Of a stretch of 64,000 bases of DNA, positions 42,859-53,700 are shown one piece after another. The notes under the pieces are model-generated. The model made no database searches. It was given only the letters and a program-made list of their open reading frames with translations, and was not told the DNA's origin. The position numbers and the translations under genes are program-made. Each line of letters starts with the position of its first letter. Positions within the stretch are counted from its first letter, which is position 1. The stretch lies in assembly GCA_001643675.2 (NCBI GenBank), contig LSRY02000007.1:496001-560000 (forward strand). The letters are read 5' to 3'. Source of the stretch: Monocercomonoides exilis PA203. Taxonomy: Eukaryota; Protista; Preaxostyla.

Positions 42859-43431
42859 ATGATTATTCTTGTCAGTTCTTTTCTTTTTTTGGTTGCAGGA
42901 ACGATAATGGTTACAATTGGAGGTAGCATATCTGGCACGGCTTCTTTAGTATGCTGGGTGACTCTTGTGGTTATAGGTTGTGGTTTTCTCGTTGAGTAGG
43001 TTGTTTTTTTATTCCTGTTTTTTTGTGATGAAATCTGTTTCGTATTTGGAAATGTGGTACCGTTGGATAGCAAGTATTTTGAGTCGGAGATTAGAGAAGT
43101 GATGCACCGATGCATTGAGAAAAGGGTGCTGTGCAAGGTTGACAGAAAGGAATTTCAATGGATTTTAACGAGAAAGGAAAGAAAGCATGAGGAGGAAAGA
43201 AAAATGAAGATTGAATTGGAAAACAAACAAAAATTGGAAAAAGAAATGAGGCGAAGAGTAGAAATAGAAATGGAAAGAATACAAATGGAACAAGCCATGT
43301 GCGGATATGCTGTGGATGGAAATGGATGCAATGCAATAGCACCTGCAAGCACAAGTACAGTTCTTGTTAAAATTGACGCTGAATATTCAAAGAATAACAA
43401 TGACAATGAAAGAGAATTTTTTATAAAGTGA
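42859..43431 (+). pseudogene. Membrane protein remnant with coiled-coil tail and an in-frame TAG at 42997
   Basis: MIILVSSFLFLVAGTIMVTIGG..CGFLVE*VVFLFLFF continues in frame into ORF 43054-43431. It sits next to the DIRS end. Confidence 0.45.
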
Positions 43432-43630
43432 TTATTTTTGAAAATAATATATATGTAAAGATATGCAGTTTAAACACACTTTCTTTTTCTGTTTGAATTT
43501 TTATTACAATTTTTTGAGATTTGTTTGAGCATTTTATTTAATGAAAATTTTGGAAAATGTTTGTAGCCTTAATTTATAATTTGATTTTTATCAACTTGAA
43601 TTTTTGTCGACTACTCTGATGTCAGTTTAA

Positions 43631-43996
43631 TGGTGAGGGAAAAAACCCGCACAATGGAAAAAACCCGCATATATGACATTTTCTTTAGAATTAATCAACC
43701 AATTTCATATATGTCGAAGATTGTTGCATTTTAAGTCTTCCATTAACTTCTTTTTGTCCAATATTTCGTATTTCAATAAAAAATTCAAAAACAAAAAAAT
43801 TTGATCAAAAGATCAAAAAAGATCAAAATTTTTTGTTTTTGAATTTTTTATTGAAATACGAAATATTGGACAAAAAGAAGTTAATGGAAGACTTAAAATG
43901 CAACAATCTTCGACATATATGAAATTGGTTGATTAATTCTAAAGAAAATGTCATATGTGCGGGTTTTTTCCATTGTGCGGGTTTTTTCCCTCACCA
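43631..43996. mobile_element. Foldback MITE: 366-bp near-perfect palindrome with TAA (or AT) target duplication
   Basis: Arms of ~176 bp (TGGTGAGGGAAAAAACCCGCAC.. / ..GTGCGGGTTTTTTCCCTCACCA) with ~2 differences. Flanks are TAA|..|TAA. The short centre is made of GATCAAAA repeats. Confidence 0.9.
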
Positions 43997-44766
43997 TAAT
44001 AAATATTTTTCATGCTCATGTCTTTACAAGGAGATTTATAAATAATCATTTTCAAAACTGTTTATAAGAGTTTGTTGAGTTTTATATGTCTAAATTTTTT
44101 TGTAAAGTTCCTTTTGTTAAATTTTCAAATAAAGAAAAAATTTCATATTTTGATCAAATTTATGTTCCCAATTATGAAACTTCACAAAAACGGTAATGAT
44201 AACATTCTTTTGGATTTGTTTCCATTATGGTGAAGTTTCTTGAGTAGGAACAAAAAATTGATGAAAATATTATATTTTTATTTTATTTTAAAATTAAATA
44301 AAAGGAACTTTTCAAAAAAATTTTAACATATGACAATTTTCTTTTCAATTTTTTTATTAATTTCAATCTTTGATGTTTTTTTTTCTTTGAATTAACAGTG
44401 CACTTTTCCTTGAAGAAATTTCAAATTCAAATTTTTTAAATGCATTTCATTGCGAATGAATTTATCGAATCAATCAAAAACATTTTTGAAAATTCAATGA
44501 TTAAACGTTCATATTTAAATATTCAAATAAAAGGAAAAAGGCGATAATTCAATTTTCAAAAAATTAAAAGAGTAACTTTCAAAAAAAATTGCATCAATCA
44601 TGTACTTACGAATAGTTGTAAAATGAAACCCACAAAGCTTAATAAAAAGCAAAATACACAAAAACATTTTCAGAAATACATGTACAAATGAAGATTTCAC
44701 ATAATCACAAAAAATACTTTTCAAATAATTTCATAAAAAATAACCCTAAATATTCAATTGGAGAAG

Positions 44767-47700
44767 TTAGTAATGAGGGCCAATGCTCCCTGACTCAATG
44801 CGTCTGAAGTCTGTGTTTCCTTTGGCTTGTGTGAAAATTCCTGTGTCGCTGTCTGAATCCTCCTCTGAAAGTGCATCTTCTCCTTCCACTGTCGCATGCC
44901 CTTCGCTTTCTGAAGCAGACAACGAAGACTCTGCTGCTTCAGAACTGTTCGAAAGATTGGCGCGATTTTCTTTGTGATTCTTTTTGTGAGCGTGGGCGTG
45001 AGCGTGGTCGTGTCCATGCTTCTCACTTGAGCTCTTTCCCGTGATGCGGAATGCCGGAACAAACCCTCTTCTTGCAGGCGCTGCAAACTCTTCATCAGCC
45101 GAAGTCGACGACGCAGACAAGCCAGACTTCGATTCTGCAGAAGCTGAAGAACCAGAACGTTGCGCACCTCCAACAATCACAGCTGGCCTCTGATGCGGAG
45201 CAATGCTTGTGAGGCAAGGAGAACCCACAGGCGTGAAAGTACCAGTCGCCTCGCCATACAACTCCACACCACTTTTCGCGCCTTCCTCGTGCCGCACAAG
45301 CTCCAACAGGAAATTGCACAGCTTGCTTGGATTTTCCACCCTGGCGCGCGCTTGTGATGGGCTCGACCCGACAATAACAGTCAGCGTAATCTCAGAAGGC
45401 AGCGCATTCACAAACTCAAACATGTCCTCGTCGGTTCTGTCGTCGCCACAGCAGATGACAAAATCGTCGGGCTGCAGCAGCTGCTCAGCAAGCGGAGAAA
45501 ATATCGAAGGCGATCCAGAAACAGACGAAGAGCCAGACGCCGAAAAAGCACTTCCAGAAGCAGAACGAGGCAGCGGCGCTGTCGGAGGAACAGACATTGG
45601 TTGCACCATAGAGGCCTCTTCTGATGTTGGCGTGATTGTCGGAGGAATCGAAAGCGGCACAGCATCTTCCGGGATCGGAGTAGGTGCCTGCGTCTTTGAG
45701 TGGCTGTTTGCATACAGCGACAGAAGCTTCCTCAGCATTACGCCTTTGTTCACACCTTTCAGCCTAACTTCAATCACAAACTTTCCACTGATAACTTCCA
45801 CCGGAAGTGTTGCAGCTTTCGCAGACAGGTTGAATCGCAGCTCGGCGGCCTGCCTTGCGCCAAACTCCAGCGGTGATTGGCGATAATGGAAGCAAAGAGA
45901 CGTTGGCTTCTGCTCCACAAAAGAGCCTGGCGTGTGCTCGCTGGCTGACGTGAGCAGTGGCAAAAGAACATCCATCCACGACAGGTCAATTGCATCCAAA
46001 AGAGGCCGCCACGAATTGGCATTTGAAGAAGATGTGGAAGAAGCTGATGAGGTGCTATCAGAAGATTCTGAAGAAGAAGAAGAAGAAGATAATCCTTCTG
46101 ATAAAGAATTATTTGAATCAATCGTTGAATTAAGATTTGTAGAGGATGCAGAGGCCTGAATAATTGGATTGATAGGACTGTCGCGAAACACTATGCCGTG
46201 CTCAGCCACAAGCCCCACTGGTACATCCTTAAACCAATTTCCTAGTGTCTCTCTATCTCTCCCAGATACAATGAACACTCGTGTTCTATCAAGAGCAGCA
46301 AGCTTCTTTAAAAGACTCAGCAGCTTCGGCTTTGGGGAAGCAAGGGATGGCTCCTTCACAATCTGTGTGAGTGTTCCGTCATAGTCGAGGAAAAAGAAGC
46401 GTTCACCAGTCGCATTTCGAAAAGACGTCAGCAGCGTCTGCTTTGTCATTGTTTCCTGCTCAGTAAATTGCGTCACCATCAGCGTGGGCACCTTCAGTAG
46501 GGCGTCAGTGAAAGTCTTTCCCCAGTTTGCAGCTGTATTCTTGTGCACAATCGCATAGTTTCGACGGTGCTTCATGTTTCCTTCTTCAGTTCCTTTCACT
46601 TGGAGTGCGTGATACAGAATGTCTGCACTTTCTTCAATGTTCCACGGATTGATCAGAAATGCACCTGGCATTAGCATTGCAGCACCAGCAAACTCAGATA
46701 ACACCAATTGGCCGTGTCTGTCCCTCTGCGACGCCACATATTCCAAAGCTACAAGATTCATCCCGTCTCGAACAGATGTTACAACGCACGCGTCTGCTGT
46801 CGCGTATGAAGCACATAGTTCAATTGGCGAAACAGGACGATTGATGTAATGAATGGGCATCCACTCCATTGTTGCGTATCTGCCATTAATCTCACCAACA
46901 AGTCTGTGCAGATCGTCCGTTAGTTCTTGATACTCCTTCACATCAATTCGCGAAGGCACTCCAACCTGATACAGAACAAACTTTTGCTTCATCTGAGGAT
47001 ATTTCTTTAGAAAGGCCTCGACCATTCTCATCTTGAGCAATAGGCCCTTTGTATAATCCACACGATCAACTCCAATGACAAGATGTACACCTTTAAACTG
47101 TTCTGAATACTTTGTTATCAGATCCTTAGTCTCTTGAAGATCTAATAATTTTGTCCAGTGTTGCGGATCAATGCCAATTGGAAATGCACTGACAACACTT
47201 TGCCTCCCTCTGCACGCAATGCCTGTTGATGTTGCTTCTGCATCGAGCATTACACGTTGAGTAGTTGAAACAAAGTGCTGGCAATAGTCAAAAGTGTGGA
47301 ATCCTAAGAGGGAACAATCCAATAAAGAATCAAGAAGATCGCGTCTCTGCGGAAGCGTACGAAAAAGTTCAGATGACGGAAACGGTATATGAAGGAAAAA
47401 GCCAATATTTATTGTTGGCTGTTTTTGTCTTAGGAACTGAGATACAAGCATCAATTGGTAATCGTGGATCCACACAGCATCTCCGTCTTTGTAAACATCA
47501 AGAATAGCATCAGCAAACAACTTATTTGCTGTTTGGTAGGCTTGCCATGATTTTTGATTATTTGCTTCTTGGTTAAATGGACGATAATGAAAAATTGGCC
47601 AAAGAACTTGATTTGAAAACGTGTTGTAATAAAGATCAGCAACATCATCCGGAACAAAAACTGGAATATATCCGAATTCTTTTTCAATCTGTTGCTTCAA

Positions 47701-47985
47701 TTCGGCTTTTTCAAAATCGCTTAATGATCCCGAACCTTGCCCAAGCCAACCAACCCAGACGTATGGAATTGTTAGACCCATAACGCCAGCAATTAAACCT
47801 CCTGATGAGGGCTTCAAAACAAACTTTGGTAGCCCTTTTCCTTCTTCTGCTTTCAAAGTTTCTTCATCCTTTCGAGAAAATGTCACAGGCAACCGATTTG
47901 ATACAATAATAAATCTCGTCGGAGTTTCTTCTGGTAAAAAGTTTTCAATGCTTGATCTTTTAATCATAGTACATCCTTCCGACAT
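44767..47985 (-). CDS. TPS1: Bifunctional trehalose-6-phosphate synthase/phosphatase (GT20 + HAD), intronless
   Basis: IIVSNRLP, SSGGL, WIHDYQL, GFFLHIPFPSSE, GVDRVDYTKG, DGMNLVALEY, LSEFAGAA. HAD motifs LDYDGTL, VSGR, NKG, GDDRTDEDMF. Confidence 0.96.
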   Translation of the reverse strand: MSEGCTMIKRSSIENFLPEETPTRFIIVSNRLPVTFSRKDEETLKAEEGKGLPKFVLKPSSGGLIAGVMGLTIPYVWVGWLGQGSGSLSDFEKAELKQQIEKEFGYIPVFVPDDVADLYYNTFSNQVLWPIFHYRPFNQEANNQKSWQAYQTANKLFADAILDVYKDGDAVWIHDYQLMLVSQFLRQKQPTINIGFFLHIPFPSSELFRTLPQRRDLLDSLLDCSLLGFHTFDYCQHFVSTTQRVMLDAEATSTGIACRGRQSVVSAFPIGIDPQHWTKLLDLQETKDLITKYSEQFKGVHLVIGVDRVDYTKGLLLKMRMVEAFLKKYPQMKQKFVLYQVGVPSRIDVKEYQELTDDLHRLVGEINGRYATMEWMPIHYINRPVSPIELCASYATADACVVTSVRDGMNLVALEYVASQRDRHGQLVLSEFAGAAMLMPGAFLINPWNIEESADILYHALQVKGTEEGNMKHRRNYAIVHKNTAANWGKTFTDALLKVPTLMVTQFTEQETMTKQTLLTSFRNATGERFFFLDYDGTLTQIVKEPSLASPKPKLLSLLKKLAALDRTRVFIVSGRDRETLGNWFKDVPVGLVAEHGIVFRDSPINPIIQASASSTNLNSTIDSNNSLSEGLSSSSSSSESSDSTSSASSTSSSNANSWRPLLDAIDLSWMDVLLPLLTSASEHTPGSFVEQKPTSLCFHYRQSPLEFGARQAAELRFNLSAKAATLPVEVISGKFVIEVRLKGVNKGVMLRKLLSLYANSHSKTQAPTPIPEDAVPLSIPPTITPTSEEASMVQPMSVPPTAPLPRSASGSAFSASGSSSVSGSPSIFSPLAEQLLQPDDFVICCGDDRTDEDMFEFVNALPSEITLTVIVGSSPSQARARVENPSKLCNFLLELVRHEEGAKSGVELYGEATGTFTPVGSPCLTSIAPHQRPAVIVGGAQRSGSSASAESKSGLSASSTSADEEFAAPARRGFVPAFRITGKSSSEKHGHDHAHAHAHKKNHKENRANLSNSSEAAESSLSASESEGHATVEGEDALSEEDSDSDTGIFTQAKGNTDFRRIESGSIGPHY

Positions 47986-48929
47986 TTATAATAAAAAAAT
48001 TGAAAATTAGCACAAATTATGCGATTGATCTATTGAACATATTTATTATTTTTTTTTGTTTCAAATAATTAAATATATTAATCCTGAAAGAATGATGAAG
48101 AAATTTTAATTCATTGTTATATTGTTTAATTTAGGTATTATTGAAAGAACAATGTTTTTTTTTTTTTTTTCAGTATTAAGAATTAACAATGAAGAAAAAA
48201 ATAATCATAAACTAATAAAAATTTCATTGTTTTCAAAGGAAATTATTCTCGACATTACTAAAAAAAGCATTAAACAATGAATTTTGATTGAGTTTATTTT
48301 GTTCGAACATTTTACATTTCGGACTTTTTGTTCTTGTGCGCAAACAATTTCTAAACGATAGTTGTTAAAACATTTTATGATTCTTTTCCAATAAATATCT
48401 TGAACAAGCTTGCGGTCAGCTATATTATAGCGGGAAATGTTTGTGTTGAGTATTAGCTTTTGCGACAATAATTTTTTTTTTGAATTTTGTGTCGGTCGAA
48501 ATATCAACTTGTGTCGAGATTGGTCTTTATTTATTTATTTATTTATTTATTTTCTGTCCAAACAGGATATAATCGTATTCATTAATAGTCACATTTTTGT
48601 GTCCACGAACACTTTTTACTTGTTTTTCATTCATTTCCCATCTCACATAATCACAGGGCTGAAAATATGTGGGTGATTATTTTTCTTATTTTGGGAGATT
48701 TTTTCAATGAAAAATCAATTTTTTGATTTTTCAAAATGGATATAAAAATAGTCTGAATAACATTATAAAATATGAAAGAATTGTTATTTCTGTTGAAAAA
48801 ATGTGTTTTAGTGAAGAATTTCCAAAAATAAAAAAAAAATCACAAAATTGAATAATTCAAAAAATCATAAGTTTTCTTTTGTGTGAACAGTCTTCGAACA
48901 TAGTCACAATCGGATATAGTCACAAAAAG

Positions 48930-49539
48930 GGTAATTGCACAATATACGACCGTTTATAAAAATCTGTGTGGATGATTATAACATTGTTGTTAACTGTTTC
49001 ATAAAGTGATTATGTCTTTCTTTTGTGCGGAAACTTTTATTTTCAAATGAATCAAATTGTTATTTCCCTGTAAATTAGTATTGATCAAATATTTTTTACA
49101 TCGATTATATTCAACGACAATCAAAATAAACAGATTATTAATTTAAATTCTACTAGAATGCACTCAAATATGCTATGAACATATTCAATTTAATTTGTCC
49201 CCAATTTGAATAGAGCATTTTTTGATCAATGATAAATAATTTTTATATTTAATAAAATTGAGCAATTTATGCAACAGAATTAAATCCTAACAAGTTGTTT
49301 TGGATAAAACCCTAACAATATAATAGCGATAAAAAAAAAGCTAACAAATAAATACCCGAAAAAAATCATTGGTTTCAATCAAAATTGAAAAAGATTTTTG
49401 AATTTCACGAAGATTGAAAATAACATATTTTACAGTTTCCGCACACAATAGGCAGAAAAAAACTTATGTGCACAATGTGGTATCATGATAGACGTGACAT
49501 ATGACTATTTTGTGACCGGTCGTATCTTGTGCATTAACC
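48930..49539. mobile_element. Non-autonomous TIR element (Merlin-like MITE) with 8-bp TSD
   Basis: Left end GGTAATTGCACAATATACGACCG; right end (revcomp) GGTTAATGCACAAGATACGACCG. An exact ACAAAAAG direct repeat flanks it (48922-48929, 49540-49547). GTGCGGAAACT is also inverted (~49025 vs ~49434). Confidence 0.8.
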
Positions 49540-50721
49540 ACAAAAAGTTGTGCAAAATCAAATATCATTAATAAGCATCTGCTTCACTCACGTTCTGAAA
49601 TGATAATTTTTGAAGTGACGTGACATGACAGAAAAAAATTTCATTCACTCATATTACAAATATATTAAAAAAAAAGAAGAAACGCAAAGAAAAATCAAAA
49701 AATTTTCGTAACTCATCTTTCATTATTAAGAGGGTTTTTATAATTTTTTTAATTTTAAAATGCTCATTTTTTATTCTGAAATGAACAATTAGTTGTGTCG
49801 TGATCATTTTTTTAATGGCATGCAACCACAGCACTCACATCACTTCCGGGCACTGACTGACGCGAGCTAACTTTTTTCAAGTTATGCAGATGTTATGTCA
49901 TTATATCCTTTCAGACTATGTCTGTGGAATTTCAAGATGCTGAAAACAATAATATTTTTCTTATGAACAAATCTTTAAATGCTCATTCATTTAACTTTAT
50001 TAAATATACCATTTATTACCTTTATTAATTTTAATGATGACAATATTTATTATAATTATTATTATTCTGTTATGTTTCTGCAATCATGCCATGAACATAA
50101 ATGAACAGTGACATATATCAATTATTAACTATTTATCAGAACTATTTATCAGATTCTTAAAAAAATGTGCTTTTCTAGACTGCAAAACTTTGTGTGAAAC
50201 AAATTCTCTGAGAAAAACTTCATCTCCTTGATTTCGTCATGTTCTTTATTCGAATTTGTTTGCTTCATTTCCAATTTAATTCTATCTGATTTTTTTTTGA
50301 ATGTCTACAAATCAACTCATTTAAACACACAATTTTCAACAGAACATATTTATTCTTGCTTCAACTCCAAAGACACTTTTCACTTTTCACATAGGATTGT
50401 TTTTTTCTTTTATCAACAAAGAAAATCATTTCGAACTCCATATTTTTTTGTTTTCAATCTCATTGAAACGCATTCAAAACGAAAAACACAACATGAGTAA
50501 TAATTTAATAGAAATCGAAGAGTTCGCGTTCACATCCTCAAAAAAACAATTCAATAAGCAAGAAATTGCATCAAAAAGCCAAACAAAATCGTAGCAAGCA
50601 CGCCACAAACAGAAAACAACAAATGATGCACTTTTGAAAAAAAAAACACTCATTTCATTTGCTGATAAAACACAAAACTTTTCACACAACATTAATTCCA
50701 AACTCAACCTTCTCTTCTTCT

Positions 50722-53700
50722 TCATTTGTTCATGCTTTCAATCAGCTTTCTCGCCTCTGCTGACACGCTCAGCTCCTCATCCTCTGACAACTCGTTGTAT
50801 CCAATCGCATCGGACATCGTCACCATCACTGTGCCTGCAGGAAAGTGCTGGATAAACTCTCTCTTCAGCACATTCAGCTCCACACGCTCGCACCCTCTCT
50901 CCGATACGCAGCTCTTCACAACTGCCTCAAATGTGTTCCCTGAAACCCCCTTCATGTCTGGCCTCTCCCCATTCACAATCTTCTGCCCAGCCACCACTGC
51001 CTCATATTCTCCAAATGGGATCTGGAGTGTCAGGCACTCCCACAGCATCATCCCAATCGAGAATGAAACTGACTCCTTTGTTGCTCCTATCTTCTTATTC
51101 ATCTGCAGCTCTGGTGCCTTCCACCTCAAGCACTCCTTCCTGTTGTCATCCTCATCCTCAAAAGCTGATGAAGGTGGTGGTGAACCTCGACCATTCCTGT
51201 TGGCAGATGAGAAATCAGAGGAAGATGTGATGATGGTGGAGGCGGAGGAGATGGATGAGGAATCTGAATCATCATCTGAAGAGAAGTCGGAATGCTTGGG
51301 AATGCAGATGATCATGTGCTCTGAGAACAACACAATGTGAGGACTCAGATTGGCAAGGGAGGTCAGCTCGTCTTCTTCATTCTCAAATGAGTGGAGTGCC
51401 CCATTCGCCACCCAGAACAACACCTGCGCAGCTGTGTGTTCTCTCTCCTTCAGAGTTCCAATTGCCATCTCCTTCTTCTCGTTCCTCCCATGAAGCAGCA
51501 TGAACAGCGAATCTCTCAAATCCACAATCAGCTTTTCAAACACTGACGAACAGGCAATTGCATCCACCAGATTCGACATGGATGAAGTGGTTGGACACAG
51601 ACTCTCCGATCGAACAAATGTTGAATCTGAATCATTGGTTGAAGTGGATGAAATGGAAGGTGATGGTGATCTCTTTCTTGTTTCTTCCTCAACTTCTTTT
51701 TCATCCACTTTTTCCAATGCCCAATCAGGAATCTTGTCTGAATCCCTTCCCAAGATGTATTCAGTGGAGCCACTCTCAGACAGAAGATGCTCCGATGACT
51801 CAGAATGTCCCAAGCTTTTCTCATACGCCCTCTTCTTTATCCTTTCTTCATTCTTCTTCTCTGCCTCTCTCTCGGCTCTCCTCCATTGCTCCTCTGATGA
51901 CATCTCCATCGTCACCATTTCAAATGCCTTTGGATCCTTTTTGATGTTGTCATTCACAATCTCTCTCAAATTTCTGTTTTCATTCTTTGCCTTTCTCCAT
52001 CGAACTGTCACAATTATGGACACAATTAACAATACAACAACAATTGCCACACAAACAATCAATATCCATGACAACTTTCCATCTTTTCCTCCTTCAACAA
52101 TTCTTTCATCTCCTTTTGATTCTGAGACACTCTTGTTTTTCAGAATGAATGACTCAGTTGCGGATGGCGAATCAGCTTTTCCAAACAGAATGCACACTCT
52201 CACTTCCACAGCATTTGCCACCCCTTCAATTGTTTCCACAGGAACAGACCCATGAACCTCTTCTTCTGATATGAAACCTCTTTCATCAAACAAATGCTTC
52301 TCAACCACCTCTTCATCTCCTTCTGCTGCAACTGTTTCGAATGAGAGATTGCAAGGGAGGAGCAGTGATCCTCTGAACACAAGATTCACCTTCTCCCCTG
52401 ACTTTTCAGCTGACACACTCTCCACCCTCGGAATGAAAAAGGGAGATGCCCTTTCTCCTGCAATCCCTTCCAGTGTGCATCCTTCGTCCAATATCCACAA
52501 CGAGGAATTATCTTTCACTCCATCACCCCCCTTCAAACTCACAACACTCAATTCTGAAGAGCCTTCACACAATATATTCCTTCTTGCTGATGGATAATTC
52601 TGAATCGATGGACTATTTCCCTCAAATTTTCCTTCAGATATCTCAATACATCCACCAAACAATGAAAGCCCCCCTTTCTTCGAGTTGCTGATTGTGGTGT
52701 CTTTCATTGTCACATTGCTTGACTTCACATCCACAACCGATCCATTCCAACCACATAATGGATTAAATTCTTTGCCATCTTCTTCATCTTCTCCCAGATT
52801 ATTACACTTCTGATGGCTGACTGGCTCATCCATTGCTTTGCCATCAAACAAACACGAAACAACAGACACATCTGAACTGTTTGAAACCGACAACTGGCTT
52901 CCTTTCTCAGCTGAAAGCAGACAATAAGAAAACGAACAATTTATCAGATTCACACTTGTCTTGCTCCTCTCAATCCTCACAACACTTTTGTTGTTATTGT
53001 TGTTCTCATTTGATGAAATATTCTCAAACGATGAAATAGAGATTCTGAGACTTCCCTTTTCTTTATCATTATTTCTTCCATTTCCATTCATGTTCAGCTC
53101 TTCTTTGCTCATTGAGATCAGACAGCCATTGTTCAATGAGATGTTGGAACAGTTCATTTTTTCAATCGAGACAGTTGCACTCTGTCCAATTGCAACAACA
53201 TCAGCTGTCGATGCGAGAGACTCCAGAGTCATTTGGGAAAGCACAATTTCTGATTCATCTGAAAACAAAAGCAAGGGTTTTGCAAAAGACAGCCAGCTGA
53301 ATGATGTCTCGCTCATTTTCAGAACTCCTCCCCAAACAGCCATCACATGTGAATCCAGCTCCAACGAAGCATCGGCTGCTGTGAATGTGCACTGGGACAC
53401 TTCCAATGATCCATATGATTCGGCGAATACTGCTGAGTGGGTTGCCTCAAACGAAGAGGCAAATGATATCAGGCAGTTGCGAACTGTGCAACCCTCCTCA
53501 AACAGAACCACACTCTGGGCATCTCCAGTGTGGGGAATGGCTGTGCTCAGCTGGATTGTTGCCTGCTGCTTTGTTGAAGGCAGGATGGACAACCCATGCA
53601 CAGTTGTCTCTGAGAGGAAGGTGGATGAGGTGTTGATGAAAATGATGTTAACAAGTCCTGGCTGGATGTGGTGAACAGCAGATGAGATGCTCTGGCAGGG

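Noticed and set aside
42997-42999. TAG read as Gln (Streblomastix-type code)
   Set aside because: Conserved genes here end properly at TAA/TAG (AP-1 gamma, TPS, AAC4-like) and long ORFs have no in-frame TAR. A nonsense mutation is simpler.
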